Below, piece by piece: positions 52,566-62,437 of a DNA stretch of 64,000 bases (position 1 is its first letter; the number at the start of each line of letters is the position of its first letter). The stretch comes from Gemmatimonadaceae bacterium. GTDB lineage: Bacteria > Gemmatimonadota > Gemmatimonadetes > Gemmatimonadales > Gemmatimonadaceae. The notes beneath the pieces were generated by a model. That model searched no databases. It saw only the letters and a list, made by a program, of their open reading frames with translations, and had not been told where the DNA came from. Location of the stretch: positions 288,001 to 352,000 of the forward strand of contig JBJMOW010000004.1 in the NCBI GenBank assembly GCA_045803545.1, read 5' to 3'. The translations under genes and the position numbers were made by a program.

Positions 52566-53875
52566 CAGCCCGCACTCACCGCTGCAGCGAGCATCGGCTC
52601 CGACTCGACACCATCGCGTGGGACATACATCAGGCTTGCACGATTCTCCGGGCCCAGCCTCTCGGCGATCAGCGCATTGACACGGTCCGCATTGACCGCG
52701 CGATATGCAGCAGCTTGCTCGTTGATCAACTGCGGTTTCCGGAAATAGGTCGCGAACATCGACAGCCTGTCCGCGCGCTCACCGGCGGACTGAAGCGAGG
52801 AAACCAGGTCAGTTTCAATCAGCGCTATCGCGCGGTCTACCTCGAGCTGAGTTACACCCTCGCTATATACGAGGTCGATTTCGCGCTCGACCTCTTCTTC
52901 CAATTGAGAGGGGCCGATCTCGGGTCGCGCCGTTACGTCGACGACAAGCAAATCATTGCCTTTCGCCAGATCGAAGGTATACGAACCTGCGTCGGATGCG
53001 ATTTGCCGATCGCGCACAAGCGAGCGGTGTAACCTGCTTCCTTTCCTAAGGCCGAGTATCGCCGAGGTGACGCTCGCTGTGTAGTACTCCACGCTTCCGT
53101 ACACGGGCGACCGGAAAGCGAGGAAAAGTCGCGACACGCTCACATTGTCGGAAACTACTTCCCGGCCTGGTCTGCCGAATACTGCCGGAAGATGCATCGG
53201 CGGCAGTGGTGGTTTGCCTTTCCCTTTGGGAATTGGCGCGAAGTATTGGGCAATCAATCGCCGGGCTTCCGCCGATTCGAAGTCTCCGGCAATGGAGAGT
53301 ACGGCGTTATCAGGTGTGTAGTACGTGGCGAAAAACTGCGCGATATCATCAAGCGATGCTTCGGACAGATCCTCCATAGAGCCGATCAACGAGTGATGGA
53401 ATGGATGCGATCTTGGAAAGACGAGCTCCTGCAGCTTCTCGAGCATCGTTCCGTAGGGCTGGTTGTCGACCGCCCAACGTCGCTCATTCTTTACGACGTC
53501 GCGCTGGGTATCGAGCTTTTCCTGCGTCATCGCCGGTAGCAGATCACCCATCCGATCAGCTTCGAGCCAAAGAGCTAACGCCAGCTGATGCGAAGGAACC
53601 GTTTCGTAGTAGTTAGTTCTCTCGAGCCACGTCGATCCATTGAGAGTCCCACCAGCACGCTGAATGAGCTCGAAGTGTTCGTTCGAGCCGACATGCGCTG
53701 AACCCTGAAACAGCATGTGTTCGAACAAATGCGCGAATCCAGTGCGCCCTGCGCGCTCGTTCGCCGAGCCGACGTGATACCAGAGATTCACTGCGACGAT
53801 CGGAGCTGTGTGATCTTCTGACAACGTAACGAACAGTCCGTTGTCTAGCTCGTACGTTTCTATCGGAATTCGCAT
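52565..53875 (-). CDS. M16B peptidase catalytic subunit (no signal peptide)
   Basis: GFAHLFEHM, VKNERR, YYTPDNA; start at ATG 53875. Confidence 0.9.
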   Translation of the reverse strand: MRIPIETYELDNGLFVTLSEDHTAPIVAVNLWYHVGSANERAGRTGFAHLFEHMLFQGSAHVGSNEHFELIQRAGGTLNGSTWLERTNYYETVPSHQLALALWLEADRMGDLLPAMTQEKLDTQRDVVKNERRWAVDNQPYGTMLEKLQELVFPRSHPFHHSLIGSMEDLSEASLDDIAQFFATYYTPDNAVLSIAGDFESAEARRLIAQYFAPIPKGKGKPPLPPMHLPAVFGRPGREVVSDNVSVSRLFLAFRSPVYGSVEYYTASVTSAILGLRKGSRLHRSLVRDRQIASDAGSYTFDLAKGNDLLVVDVTARPEIGPSQLEEEVEREIDLVYSEGVTQLEVDRAIALIETDLVSSLQSAGERADRLSMFATYFRKPQLINEQAAAYRAVNADRVNALIAERLGPENRASLMYVPRDGVESEPMLAAAVSAG

Positions 53876-53925
53876 TGTCGTAAATTGCCCGCCATGCAAA
53901 GTCTCTGGAACCCCCTCGTTTTTAG

Positions 53926-54753
53926 ATGACTGCTGCTCTCTTCGCTGTTGCACTTCTGATCGGCTCTATTCTGCTGTTGTGGCGATCACAGGAGCGCATC
54001 CTGTTCCAGCCACGGCCTTTGGAAGAAGATGCACCGGAGACCGGCCGAATCAGTTACGAAACCGTCGATGGACAACAGCTATCGGGTTACCTGATCGGCG
54101 ACCCGCGTCACGCTCCGGGCGTGCTGATCTGCTTTCATGGTAACGCCGACCTATCCGTATGGCAGATCGACTGGGCACGTACAATCGAAAGACGAACTGG
54201 TTGCGCTGTATTCCTGGCTGAGTACCGAGGCTACATGTCGCTCGGCGGCAGGCCAACGTATGCCACATCCAAGCTCGACGCGCGCGCGGCTTACGACCAC
54301 ATGAGAATTGCTTATGGCGTAGATCTCACTCGGGTGGCGTACTTTGGACATTCGCTCGGCAGCGGTATCGCAGCAGAGCTGGCCGAAATTCATCCTCCGC
54401 GATCGTTGTTGCTTCAGTCGCCTTTCACGACCGCGCAGGCAATGGCGAGACTGATCGTATGGCCTCCAATCACCTATATCTGGAAGCTTTTCTCGCGAAT
54501 TCATTTCGACACTACAGCAATCGTGTCTGAGATCGACACCCCCGTTTGTGTCGCTCATGGCAAGCATGACCGGATCGTACCTTTCAGAATGGGGATGGAA
54601 GTCTACGAACGCGCGAAACGCAAAGGTGCGCTGCTCGTGGTCGATCGCGGGGGACACAGTGATCTTCCCCAGGTGGCGGGAGAAGACTATTGGCGTTGGG
54701 TTAGCGACAGCTTACAGCCATTGCTTGTCGCCGATAAAACAAAACGGGCGTGA
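53926..54753 (+). CDS. Alpha/beta hydrolase (ABHD17/Bem46-like)
   Basis: N-terminal TM, FHGNA, EYRGY, GHSLG, HGKHD.IVP, GH. Confidence 0.88.
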   Translation: MTAALFAVALLIGSILLLWRSQERILFQPRPLEEDAPETGRISYETVDGQQLSGYLIGDPRHAPGVLICFHGNADLSVWQIDWARTIERRTGCAVFLAEYRGYMSLGGRPTYATSKLDARAAYDHMRIAYGVDLTRVAYFGHSLGSGIAAELAEIHPPRSLLLQSPFTTAQAMARLIVWPPITYIWKLFSRIHFDTTAIVSEIDTPVCVAHGKHDRIVPFRMGMEVYERAKRKGALLVVDRGGHSDLPQVAGEDYWRWVSDSLQPLLVADKTKRA

Positions 54754-54768
54754 TTCGTCACACCCGTT
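54736..54768 (-). terminator. Intrinsic terminator of the exported M16 operon
   Basis: AACGGGTGTGA-CGAA-TCACGCCCGTT followed by TTGTTTT on the minus strand. Confidence 0.65.
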
Positions 54769-54794
54769 CTGCTTCATCTTCCCCGTTCCCGCGT

Positions 54795-56231
54795 CTACTG
54801 AATCGGCTGACCGCTGATGTCACGAATGGTAATCGGACCTACGTTCGTCGACTTGAGCGCTTGCTCGATTGTCTTGCGATCTCCAACGATCACGATCGCC
54901 AGAGATGACGGGTTGATGTACTGCTGCGCCACTCGATTCACGTCAGCTTGAGTTACGGCTTCGACATTTTGCACATACGTATTGTAGTAATCGAGCGGCA
55001 AGTTATAGAGCGCTACAGGCACGAGCGCAGCCGCTATATCACGCGTCGTTTCGAAGTTCTCTGGAAGCTGCAGTTGCAAGTACCGTTTGGCACGGGACAG
55101 CTCGTCGGCTGGAATTGTCTGGCGAATGTTGTTCAACTCCTTCAGGAATTCGATCAGCGCGGAGTCGGATTTCGCAGACACGATCTCGGCCGACGCGGTG
55201 AACGGACCCGCTGCGCGTCGCATGTCGAAGCGTGAGCCGGCACCGTAAGTGTAGCCCCTCGCTTCCCGCAAATTCTGGTTGAGTCGGCTCGAGAACGACC
55301 CGCCAAGGATGGTGTTCATGACCGTCAACGCGAAATAATCCTTTGTCGAACGGGGTACTCCGACAGACCCGATTCGGAAAGACGACTGCGCCGCACCCGG
55401 CTTGTCGATCAGATAGATCATAGTGCCACCTACCTTTGGCGGCTCAGCATAATTGAGCGGCGTCACGTTGCCGCGCTGCCAGCTTCCGAACAGAGAATTG
55501 ATTTTCTGCTCGACCTGCGCCGGATTTACATCGCCAACGACTATCATCGTTGCGTTATTCGGCTTGAAGTTCGTTTGGTAATAGGATTGGAGATCCGCGG
55601 TGCTGAGGCTGGTTACCGATGTCTCTGTCCCAATCAGCGGTGCGCCATAGGGGTGTCCGGCACCATATAGAATTGCGGGAAACGCCGTGTTGGCAATCGC
55701 CGGCCCCTGGTCCCGCAGCTGAAGCAGTTCGGTCAGTCTGTTTTTCTTGATGCGATCGAACTCGTTGGCAGGAAAAGATGGATTCAGTGCAACATCCGCG
55801 AACAGCGCTAGAGCGCTGTCCAGCTGCGCTGTTGGCGTGTGAAGGGAAAGAGTCGTCGATTCCCAACTGGCCTGCGGGAACAAGCTGATTCCGAGAAATG
55901 AGCTCTGATCGGCGATGTCGAGACTCTTTCTGGTCGCCGTACCCTCGCGCAGCATCTGAGCGGTCAGATTGGCAACGCCGCCCTTTCCACCTGGATCGGC
56001 AGTTCCACCGCTGCCAATCACCAGCGTGAAATCAGCAAGCGGCAATTCGTGCTGTTCGACAATCATCAGCTTCAACCCGTTCGGTAGTTCTCGGGTGATG
56101 ATTGGCGGTAGCGACACCCTCGGCGGAGGACCTAGCTCGGGTGGTTTGGTTCGATCGAAAGTCCCTTGAGGCAAAAGCGGTAAAGCGATTAGAGGCAATG
56201 CCGCGATGGCGACAACTATGGAGTGCTTCAT
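54795..56231 (-). CDS. M16B peptidase non-catalytic subunit, exported
   Basis: Signal peptide; no HxxEH; LGGSFSSRLNQNLREARGYTYG. Confidence 0.88.
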   Translation of the reverse strand: MKHSIVVAIAALPLIALPLLPQGTFDRTKPPELGPPPRVSLPPIITRELPNGLKLMIVEQHELPLADFTLVIGSGGTADPGGKGGVANLTAQMLREGTATRKSLDIADQSSFLGISLFPQASWESTTLSLHTPTAQLDSALALFADVALNPSFPANEFDRIKKNRLTELLQLRDQGPAIANTAFPAILYGAGHPYGAPLIGTETSVTSLSTADLQSYYQTNFKPNNATMIVVGDVNPAQVEQKINSLFGSWQRGNVTPLNYAEPPKVGGTMIYLIDKPGAAQSSFRIGSVGVPRSTKDYFALTVMNTILGGSFSSRLNQNLREARGYTYGAGSRFDMRRAAGPFTASAEIVSAKSDSALIEFLKELNNIRQTIPADELSRAKRYLQLQLPENFETTRDIAAALVPVALYNLPLDYYNTYVQNVEAVTQADVNRVAQQYINPSSLAIVIVGDRKTIEQALKSTNVGPITIRDISGQPIQ

Positions 56232-57616
56232 CGATCGCCTCCAGCGCCAGCTGCGGAAGTAAGCATCATCTCTCTCTTTCCCTCTGGGACTACGGTAAGA
56301 ACAATTTTCGGCTTGCCGAGATAAGTCCGCGCTACACGCTGGATATCCGCAGCCGTTACGCGGTTATAGCGAGCGACATCCTGCTGCACAAAATCGGGGT
56401 TGCCGACAAAGTAGTTGTAATTGTTCAGAATTTCGGCCTTGCCCAGAACGCTGGACAGCTCGTCCAGGAACCCGGATTTGTAAACGTTTTGTGCCCGCTG
56501 CAGCTCGCGCTGGGTAACGCCGTTGCCGATTATGTTCGCGATTTCATCGCGAACTACCTTGTCGATATCTGCGACCTTCTGGCCTGGCTTCGGAGTCACA
56601 GTTACCCTGAACAATCCATCGAGCCGTGAGCCATTCTCGAAGGCGCTGACGCTTTGTGCCGTCTGCAGCTCGTAAACGAGCTTCTTATAAAGGCGCGAGT
56701 TCTTGTCGTTTGCGAGAATCTGCGCCAGTAGATCCAGCGCAGCATCATCCGGTGCGAAGTTCTTGACTGAGTGCCACGTGTAATACACACGTGGCAGCTG
56801 GACCTTGTCCTCCAGGACGAGAAACGTGTCACGAGGAATCGTCACAGCCGGCACGGTCGTGCGACGATTGACTGCAGGTCCACGCGGAATATCCCCGAAG
56901 TACTGTTGTACGAGTTTTTTGACTGTCGCCGGATCAAAATCCCCAGCGATGGCAATCGTGGCGTTGTTTGGAGCGTAGTACGTCTTGAAGAAGTTCTGCA
57001 CATCGGTGAGTGACGCAGCACTCAGATCCGCCATCGATCCGATAACGGGCCATGAGTAGGGGTGGGCCTTTGGATAAAGCGCCGCCAGAATCGTCTCGCT
57101 CGCTCTTCCATACGGCACATTGTCGACACGCTGCCGGCGTTCGTTCTTCACCACGTCCCGTTGGAGATTCACCTTCGGCAAATCCATTGTCGGCAGTAGA
57201 AATCCCATGCGATCGGCGTCCAGCCACAGGGCCAGGGGGAGGGCGTTGGACGGAAGCGTCTCGTAATAGTTGGTGCGGTCCTCGGTCGTCGACCCGTTGT
57301 TATTGGCACCGGCTGCTTCCAGCATTTGGTCAAACGCTCCGACCGGCACGTGCTGCGAGCCCATGAACATGATGTGCTCGAACAGGTGCGCGAAGCCTGT
57401 GCGGCCGGGTAGTTCATCACCCGAGCCGACGTGATACCAGGTATCGACGGCAACGATTGGAGTGGAATGGTCTTCGTGCAGGATTACCTCGAGACCATTG
57501 GCGAGCTTGTACTTTTCGAACGGGATTCGCGGTATGGCCTGAGCGCTGAGTGGCGCGGCCAACGCCGTCAGCGCCATTAAGTAGCTTAGCGCGACTAAAG
57601 TTGGACTTTTCCTCAC
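56228..57616 (-). CDS. M16B peptidase catalytic subunit, exported
   Basis: GTG 57616 with GAGGAG RBS gives a signal peptide (PLSA-Q); HLFEH; ATGA-coupled to its partner. Confidence 0.9.
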   Translation of the reverse strand: MRKSPTLVALSYLMALTALAAPLSAQAIPRIPFEKYKLANGLEVILHEDHSTPIVAVDTWYHVGSGDELPGRTGFAHLFEHIMFMGSQHVPVGAFDQMLEAAGANNNGSTTEDRTNYYETLPSNALPLALWLDADRMGFLLPTMDLPKVNLQRDVVKNERRQRVDNVPYGRASETILAALYPKAHPYSWPVIGSMADLSAASLTDVQNFFKTYYAPNNATIAIAGDFDPATVKKLVQQYFGDIPRGPAVNRRTTVPAVTIPRDTFLVLEDKVQLPRVYYTWHSVKNFAPDDAALDLLAQILANDKNSRLYKKLVYELQTAQSVSAFENGSRLDGLFRVTVTPKPGQKVADIDKVVRDEIANIIGNGVTQRELQRAQNVYKSGFLDELSSVLGKAEILNNYNYFVGNPDFVQQDVARYNRVTAADIQRVARTYLGKPKIVLTVVPEGKREMMLTSAAGAGGDR

Positions 57617-57677
57617 TTTCTCCTCGGAAGAACGGTAGCCTGCGCGATTAGACACGCCGAAGCTGCGAATGGCTTGA

Positions 57678-58301
57678 TCACATTTTCCGCTCGAAGAAGA
57701 ACGCGAGCGGAGCCTTGATCGACTCGCTAAAGATATACTTCCAGCGCTGTTCACGGTTTGGCTCGATCGGACTCGTGCGCGTCGGAGATGTATAGGGTAT
57801 AAACCCGAACCGCCGCGCCAGAATCCGCAGCCTCAACATGTGAAACGGGTCGCTGACCAGCAGTGCCGACTGCAGACCGCGCGCTTCGAGCATTCCAGCT
57901 ACCGCACGCATCGACTCACTGGTCGTTCTACCTTCCGTCTCCATCAGGATGACGGTGTCCGGCACCCCGTGTTTGATCGCGTATGTTCGCCCCACCGCAG
58001 CTTCGCTGGTGGTATCCCGTTCTCCGGTCCCGCCCGTCAGGATCAGTAGTTGACCCAGGTGCTTATGCCAAAGGTCCAACGCATGATCCAGCCTCGCGCG
58101 CAAAACGGGCGACGGCTTGCCCGCATATTGGGCCGCTCCGAGCACGACGATCGCACTGGCCGGGCGCGCTTCGTCGCGTGAGCTCCACACCATTACGGCA
58201 GCGGCCGAAATCAGCCAGAACGCGAACGCCGTCAGGACGAGAATCGTGAGAATTCGTCTGACGATTGTGAGTGCGCGCTTTGCCTTTGCCGATCGCTTCA
58301 C
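57678..58301 (-). CDS. YdcF/ElyC/SanA (DUF218) family protein
   Basis: TM helix, AIVVLGA, RARLD.A, LTGG, SEA, LVSDPFHMLR. Confidence 0.88.
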   Translation of the reverse strand: MKRSAKAKRALTIVRRILTILVLTAFAFWLISAAAVMVWSSRDEARPASAIVVLGAAQYAGKPSPVLRARLDHALDLWHKHLGQLLILTGGTGERDTTSEAAVGRTYAIKHGVPDTVILMETEGRTTSESMRAVAGMLEARGLQSALLVSDPFHMLRLRILARRFGFIPYTSPTRTSPIEPNREQRWKYIFSESIKAPLAFFFERKM

Positions 58302-58315
58302 CCGTGGAAGCTACG

Positions 58316-59698
58316 CTAGAAACTGCGCGTGGTGTGAGGTTCGGGACACTCGACGCTGTATCCATGCGCGACGAGTGCCGTCTTGAACTCGTCCTGCACC
58401 GGTGCCTCCCCATGCACCAGCCAGACCGGTCCGAGGCGCGGTGATTTCTCCTTTACTCGAGCAAGCCAGGCGATCATCTCCGTACGATCCGCGTGAGCGC
58501 TGTAGCCGTCGATTACCTCGACGTGAGCGTGAAGCGCTACATCGTCTCCGAATATGTGCAGTATCGGCTGTCGCTCGACGACCCGTCGGCCAAGAGTGTG
58601 CTCTGCCTGAAATCCCACCACCAGAATCGTGTTGCGGGGATCGCTCGCACCTTGCGCGAGGTGATGCAGAATTCGTCCGTTCTCCATCATCCCGGACGCA
58701 GCGATGATGATCATGGGCCCGTGAGCGCGAGACAGCGCCTTGGATTCTTCGACGTCACGAGTGTAATGCAACAGCTCGAAGCGGAAGAGTTCCTTCGCCT
58801 TCTGCACCATTTCCTCAGAGTGATCGAATGCCTCGGGGTGCATCTCGAACACGGTCGTCGTATCGATCGCCAGCGGACTATCGACATAGATCGGAATCGC
58901 AGGAATTGCTCCTTCGCGCACCAGACCGTGCAGCGTGTAGATCATCTCCTGCGTTCTCCCGACTGCAAATGCCGGTATCAGCACACGGCCGCCTCGAGCC
59001 GCGGTGTCGCGAACGACTTGCGCCAGCTGGGTCCGCGCTCCCTCAACGGATTCATGGTCACGGTTTCCGTAGGTTGATTCCATGATCAGCGCGTCCGCGC
59101 CTTCCGGAGGGGTCGGATCCCGTACGATCGCCAGTCCGCTGCGCCCTATATCACCCGAGAAAACCAGCCTTTTCGTTTCCCCGTTTTCGGTGCAATCGAG
59201 TTCGACTGACGCCGAGCCAAGAATGTGGCCGGCATCGACGTACGTGGCTCTGACTCCCGGAACTACATCGAATGGGCGGTTGTAGGGGACACCAACCATC
59301 AGATCCATGGTTCGCACCGCGTGGCGCATCCCGTAGAGCGGCTCGATGAAATCTTTTCTTCGTTTTGCTAGAAACTCCGCATCTTTTTCCTGAATGTGTG
59401 CGGAGTCAGCCAACATCACCGCCGAGAGATCACGTGTAGCGGAGGTTGCCCAGATCGTTTTGGAGTATCCTTCAGCGATCAGGAACGGAAGGCGGCCCGA
59501 GTGATCGATGTGCGCATGAGAGAGAACGACAGCATCCAGCTTCTCGATCGGAAGTGGAAGTTGGCGATTCTTCTCTGCCGTTTCCTGCCGCCTTCCCTGG
59601 AACATGCCGCAGTCGAGAGCGACAGTGTAGCCGTTGACGTGAAGGAGATGACAGGAGCCAGTGACTTCGCGGGCGGCTCCGACGAACGTTATCTCCAA
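58316..59698 (-). CDS. MBL-fold beta-CASP ribonuclease
   Basis: GAAREVTGSCH, SHAHIDHSG, AGHILGS, MESTYG, YSAHAD, LVHGE; TTG start. Confidence 0.92.
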   Translation of the reverse strand: MEITFVGAAREVTGSCHLLHVNGYTVALDCGMFQGRRQETAEKNRQLPLPIEKLDAVVLSHAHIDHSGRLPFLIAEGYSKTIWATSATRDLSAVMLADSAHIQEKDAEFLAKRRKDFIEPLYGMRHAVRTMDLMVGVPYNRPFDVVPGVRATYVDAGHILGSASVELDCTENGETKRLVFSGDIGRSGLAIVRDPTPPEGADALIMESTYGNRDHESVEGARTQLAQVVRDTAARGGRVLIPAFAVGRTQEMIYTLHGLVREGAIPAIPIYVDSPLAIDTTTVFEMHPEAFDHSEEMVQKAKELFRFELLHYTRDVEESKALSRAHGPMIIIAASGMMENGRILHHLAQGASDPRNTILVVGFQAEHTLGRRVVERQPILHIFGDDVALHAHVEVIDGYSAHADRTEMIAWLARVKEKSPRLGPVWLVHGEAPVQDEFKTALVAHGYSVECPEPHTTRSF

Positions 59699-59702
59699 TC
59701 CG

Positions 59703-59879
59703 CTATCCTTCTCCTACTGCATCACGCTGAAAGAGCAGGGTCACTCGCTGCTCATCCTGCGACATGAGAGCAGGCTCCCACCCACCTCTACTTCTCTCGT
59801 TGAGTAGGTCGGTGAGCGTATCCTCATCCTCGCGGGTGTGGCGAGTGAGCTTGACGACCACAGCCTGGTATTCTTTCAT
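59703..59879 (-). CDS. DUF4177-like small protein (58 aa), not in ORF track
   Basis: MKEYQAVVVKLTRHTREDEDTLTDLLNERSRGGWEPALMSQDEQRVTLLFQRDAVGEG*; the stop lies 4 nt before the beta-CASP start. Confidence 0.72.
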   Translation of the reverse strand: MKEYQAVVVKLTRHTREDEDTLTDLLNERSRGGWEPALMSQDEQRVTLLFQRDAVGEG

Positions 59880-59942
59880 CGGAAAATGGAGATTTGAGCC
59901 GGTGACTATCTACAGTTTCAGTGCCGGATTTCTGGGGCGGGA

Positions 59943-60593
59943 ATGATAGAGCGCGTAAAGGAATTCCCTTCGCTGACTATTATCCGGCATCCACTCGTTC
60001 AGCACAAGCTGACGATTCTGCGTGATCAACAGACAGATACGAAGCGCTTCAAGGAGCTCGTCGACGAGATAGCAATGCTGATGGCTTACGAAGCGACGAG
60101 CGAGCTGCCGCTCGACCCTCGAGAAGTCATAACTCCTCTCGAAACAGCCACCGGCTGGCATATCAGCGGCAAGAAACTCACTCTGGTTCCCATCCTGCGC
60201 GCTGGCCTGGGGATGGTCGAAGGAATTCTTCGCCTCGTACCTTCGGCTCGCGTCGGTCACATTGGACTCTATCGCGACCATGGAACCCTGCAACCCGTCG
60301 ACTACTACTTTAAAGTCCCGGGCGATACCTCCGAGCGCGATTTCTTTCTGCTCGATCCGATGCTGGCGACTGGAGGAAGTGCAGCAGCCGCCGTGTCGTC
60401 ACTCAAACGCGCTGGCGCGACACGAATTCGCTTTCTCTGTCTGGTCGCCGCACCTGAGGGCGTCCGTCGGCTCAGCAGCACACACCCTGACGTCCAGATT
60501 TACTGCGCTGCTCTCGACCGACAGCTGAATCAGCAGGGGTACATTCTGCCCGGACTCGGCGACGCGGGCGATCGGTTATTTGGAACGCGGTAG
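59943..60593 (+). CDS. upp: Uracil phosphoribosyltransferase
   Basis: [47 protein letters not shown]. Confidence 0.97.
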   Translation: MIERVKEFPSLTIIRHPLVQHKLTILRDQQTDTKRFKELVDEIAMLMAYEATSELPLDPREVITPLETATGWHISGKKLTLVPILRAGLGMVEGILRLVPSARVGHIGLYRDHGTLQPVDYYFKVPGDTSERDFFLLDPMLATGGSAAAAVSSLKRAGATRIRFLCLVAAPEGVRRLSSTHPDVQIYCAALDRQLNQQGYILPGLGDAGDRLFGTR

Positions 60594-60595
60594 GA

Positions 60596-61246
60596 TCAGC
60601 CGAACCACTCGCGCGGGTTCAACCTCTGCTGCTCGGCAGCGTCTATCACCCATTGCTGGCTCTGACTGTCGGTGATCTCGCCGGCCACCGAGTCGAACCA
60701 GAAGCTCGACTTCTTCAGATCACCCACGCGCCGCCAAAGCTCACCGACCAAGTAGGTAAGAATCGCTCGCTCTTCGCGCGGAACCCCGTCATAGGTCTTC
60801 AAGGCTTCCTCGAACATCCACGCTGACTGCCGTCGGAAATATCGTTCGGCCTCGATATCCCCTTCATCCACGCAGCACCAGGCAGCACGCAATAGAAGAT
60901 CGGCAATGTGCCGCGGGTCCATCCCCTGCCACTGAGCAACCTTTGCGGCGGCTTCGTATTTCTCTGAGCCGCAAAGAAGCGACGGACGTAGCGGAGTGAG
61001 CTCCTGGAAGACGTGTTGCTTGAGAGAGGGACTGACATCAGCGCCGGGCGTGAAATCCGACTCGCCACCCGAAAAGCCACACTCGCCGCACATATGAATC
61101 AGGTATGCGAGCGGCTGAGTTCCCGCCGCACGCTCATGGAAGTCAGTGCGCTTTCCCCCGAACGCGTTTGTAGAAACGACGCTCTGGGATTTGAATTCAT
61201 TGTCACACACGGGACAACGAAGATCGATTTGACGTAGCGTTGTCAT
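60596..61246 (-). CDS. DUF2225-like protein (Zn ribbon + TPR-like)
   Basis: CPVC and CGEC pairs, LRAAW, YLVGELWRRVG; GGAG RBS. Confidence 0.78.
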   Translation of the reverse strand: MTTLRQIDLRCPVCDNEFKSQSVVSTNAFGGKRTDFHERAAGTQPLAYLIHMCGECGFSGGESDFTPGADVSPSLKQHVFQELTPLRPSLLCGSEKYEAAAKVAQWQGMDPRHIADLLLRAAWCCVDEGDIEAERYFRRQSAWMFEEALKTYDGVPREERAILTYLVGELWRRVGDLKKSSFWFDSVAGEITDSQSQQWVIDAAEQQRLNPREWFG

Positions 61247-61496
61247 GGCTACTCCCCCCTCTCTCCAGGCCTTCGGGAAACAGTAGAGGGAATATTTGTG
61301 CCATTCCTCAGAAAGGCGTACTGGCGGGTTGGAAAAAGCAGCCCACTACTTGGGAAAAGTCTGGCAAAGCTCTGAACAAATCGCGCTCAGTTTGGAAATC
61401 GTAGTGAAGACTGCCTTGTTGAGAATTTCTGTCGATTGTATCTTCTCGCATCGCAAAACCCGCGACTGGTTCTCCCAACCCGCGACCTGGTCGTTG

Positions 61497-62435
61497 ATGC
61501 TCATCAACCTACTGCCTGACTTCTTCGCAGTTCACAACAGTACAGACCGTGTCGCCGCCTATCTCCGCTACTTCGAAACTCACCGTCGCTACCTAGAAGC
61601 CTACTGGCACAACTACGTCCTCGATCCGGCGGGGCCGCATTTCCAGGAAGTCGTTAGATCTGCCGCACTTGCGAGCCGTGTAGACCTTCGCACAATGCTG
61701 GAGAGAATTGACGTCGTCTCTCTCGCACGAAACACCGAAGAGCAGTGTCGCACCCTGCTCGAAGCAGACACCGACATAGACGTTTTGTTGATGGTCGGCG
61801 TGGGTGCCGCGAACGCCGGCGAGCTGGTCGTTGACGGGAAGGGTGTCGCTTTTGTTTGCCTGGAGCATTTCACTAGCGTAACGAATCCCGAGACCCAGGG
61901 ACTCGGTCTCGATCCTGAGCTGATTCCACTATGGCTCGCTCACGAGATAGCACATGCGGTGCGCTACACGTCTCCGACGAGTCGCAGCGAGCTAAAGCAG
62001 TTGATCGACGATGCCGGCGGCTACTACTCGTACTGGGAAACAGGACGGCGCGCTTCGCTCCGCGAGCTGGTCATCAACGAGGGTTTGGCTACTATTACCT
62101 CGCGCGCCATCAGCCCCGGCCATGCGGCTTGGGAGTATTACGGGTACACCCGCCGAGAGTACGCCACTGTTCGCGAACTGGAGCCGGTTATAACCCGAGC
62201 TTTGACCAACGATCTCGACCGAGCCGGACTCGGATTACGCTTGCGATACTTATCAGGCGGCATGAGTGACGACGCACGAACCGTCGACCGTCACGTTTTC
62301 CCTGAACGGAGTGGGTATTTCGTCGGAACGAAGATGGTCGAGCCAGCCGTCACCACTCGCGGGCTTCCCTGGGCGATCCGAGCCGGTGCCGGTGAAATCA
62401 CCTCGATCGCAAGTTCTACCGCCGCCTCAGCGTAG
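61497..62435 (+). CDS. Putative Zn-dependent peptidase (DUF2268-like gluzincin)
   Basis: AHEIAH plus downstream NEGLA, and a GYFVG motif; start taken at ATG 61497. Confidence 0.7.
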   Translation: MLINLLPDFFAVHNSTDRVAAYLRYFETHRRYLEAYWHNYVLDPAGPHFQEVVRSAALASRVDLRTMLERIDVVSLARNTEEQCRTLLEADTDIDVLLMVGVGAANAGELVVDGKGVAFVCLEHFTSVTNPETQGLGLDPELIPLWLAHEIAHAVRYTSPTSRSELKQLIDDAGGYYSYWETGRRASLRELVINEGLATITSRAISPGHAAWEYYGYTRREYATVRELEPVITRALTNDLDRAGLGLRLRYLSGGMSDDARTVDRHVFPERSGYFVGTKMVEPAVTTRGLPWAIRAGAGEITSIASSTAASA

Positions 62436-62437
62436 CG

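Noticed and set aside
59764..59946. 60-aa + strand ORF upstream of upp
   Set aside because: Antisense to the more protein-like 58-aa DUF4177-like ORF.
58316..61246. beta-CASP, upp and DUF2225 as a defence or toxin module
   Set aside because: Genes are in mixed orientations and look like ordinary conserved genes; no defence-associated domains seen.
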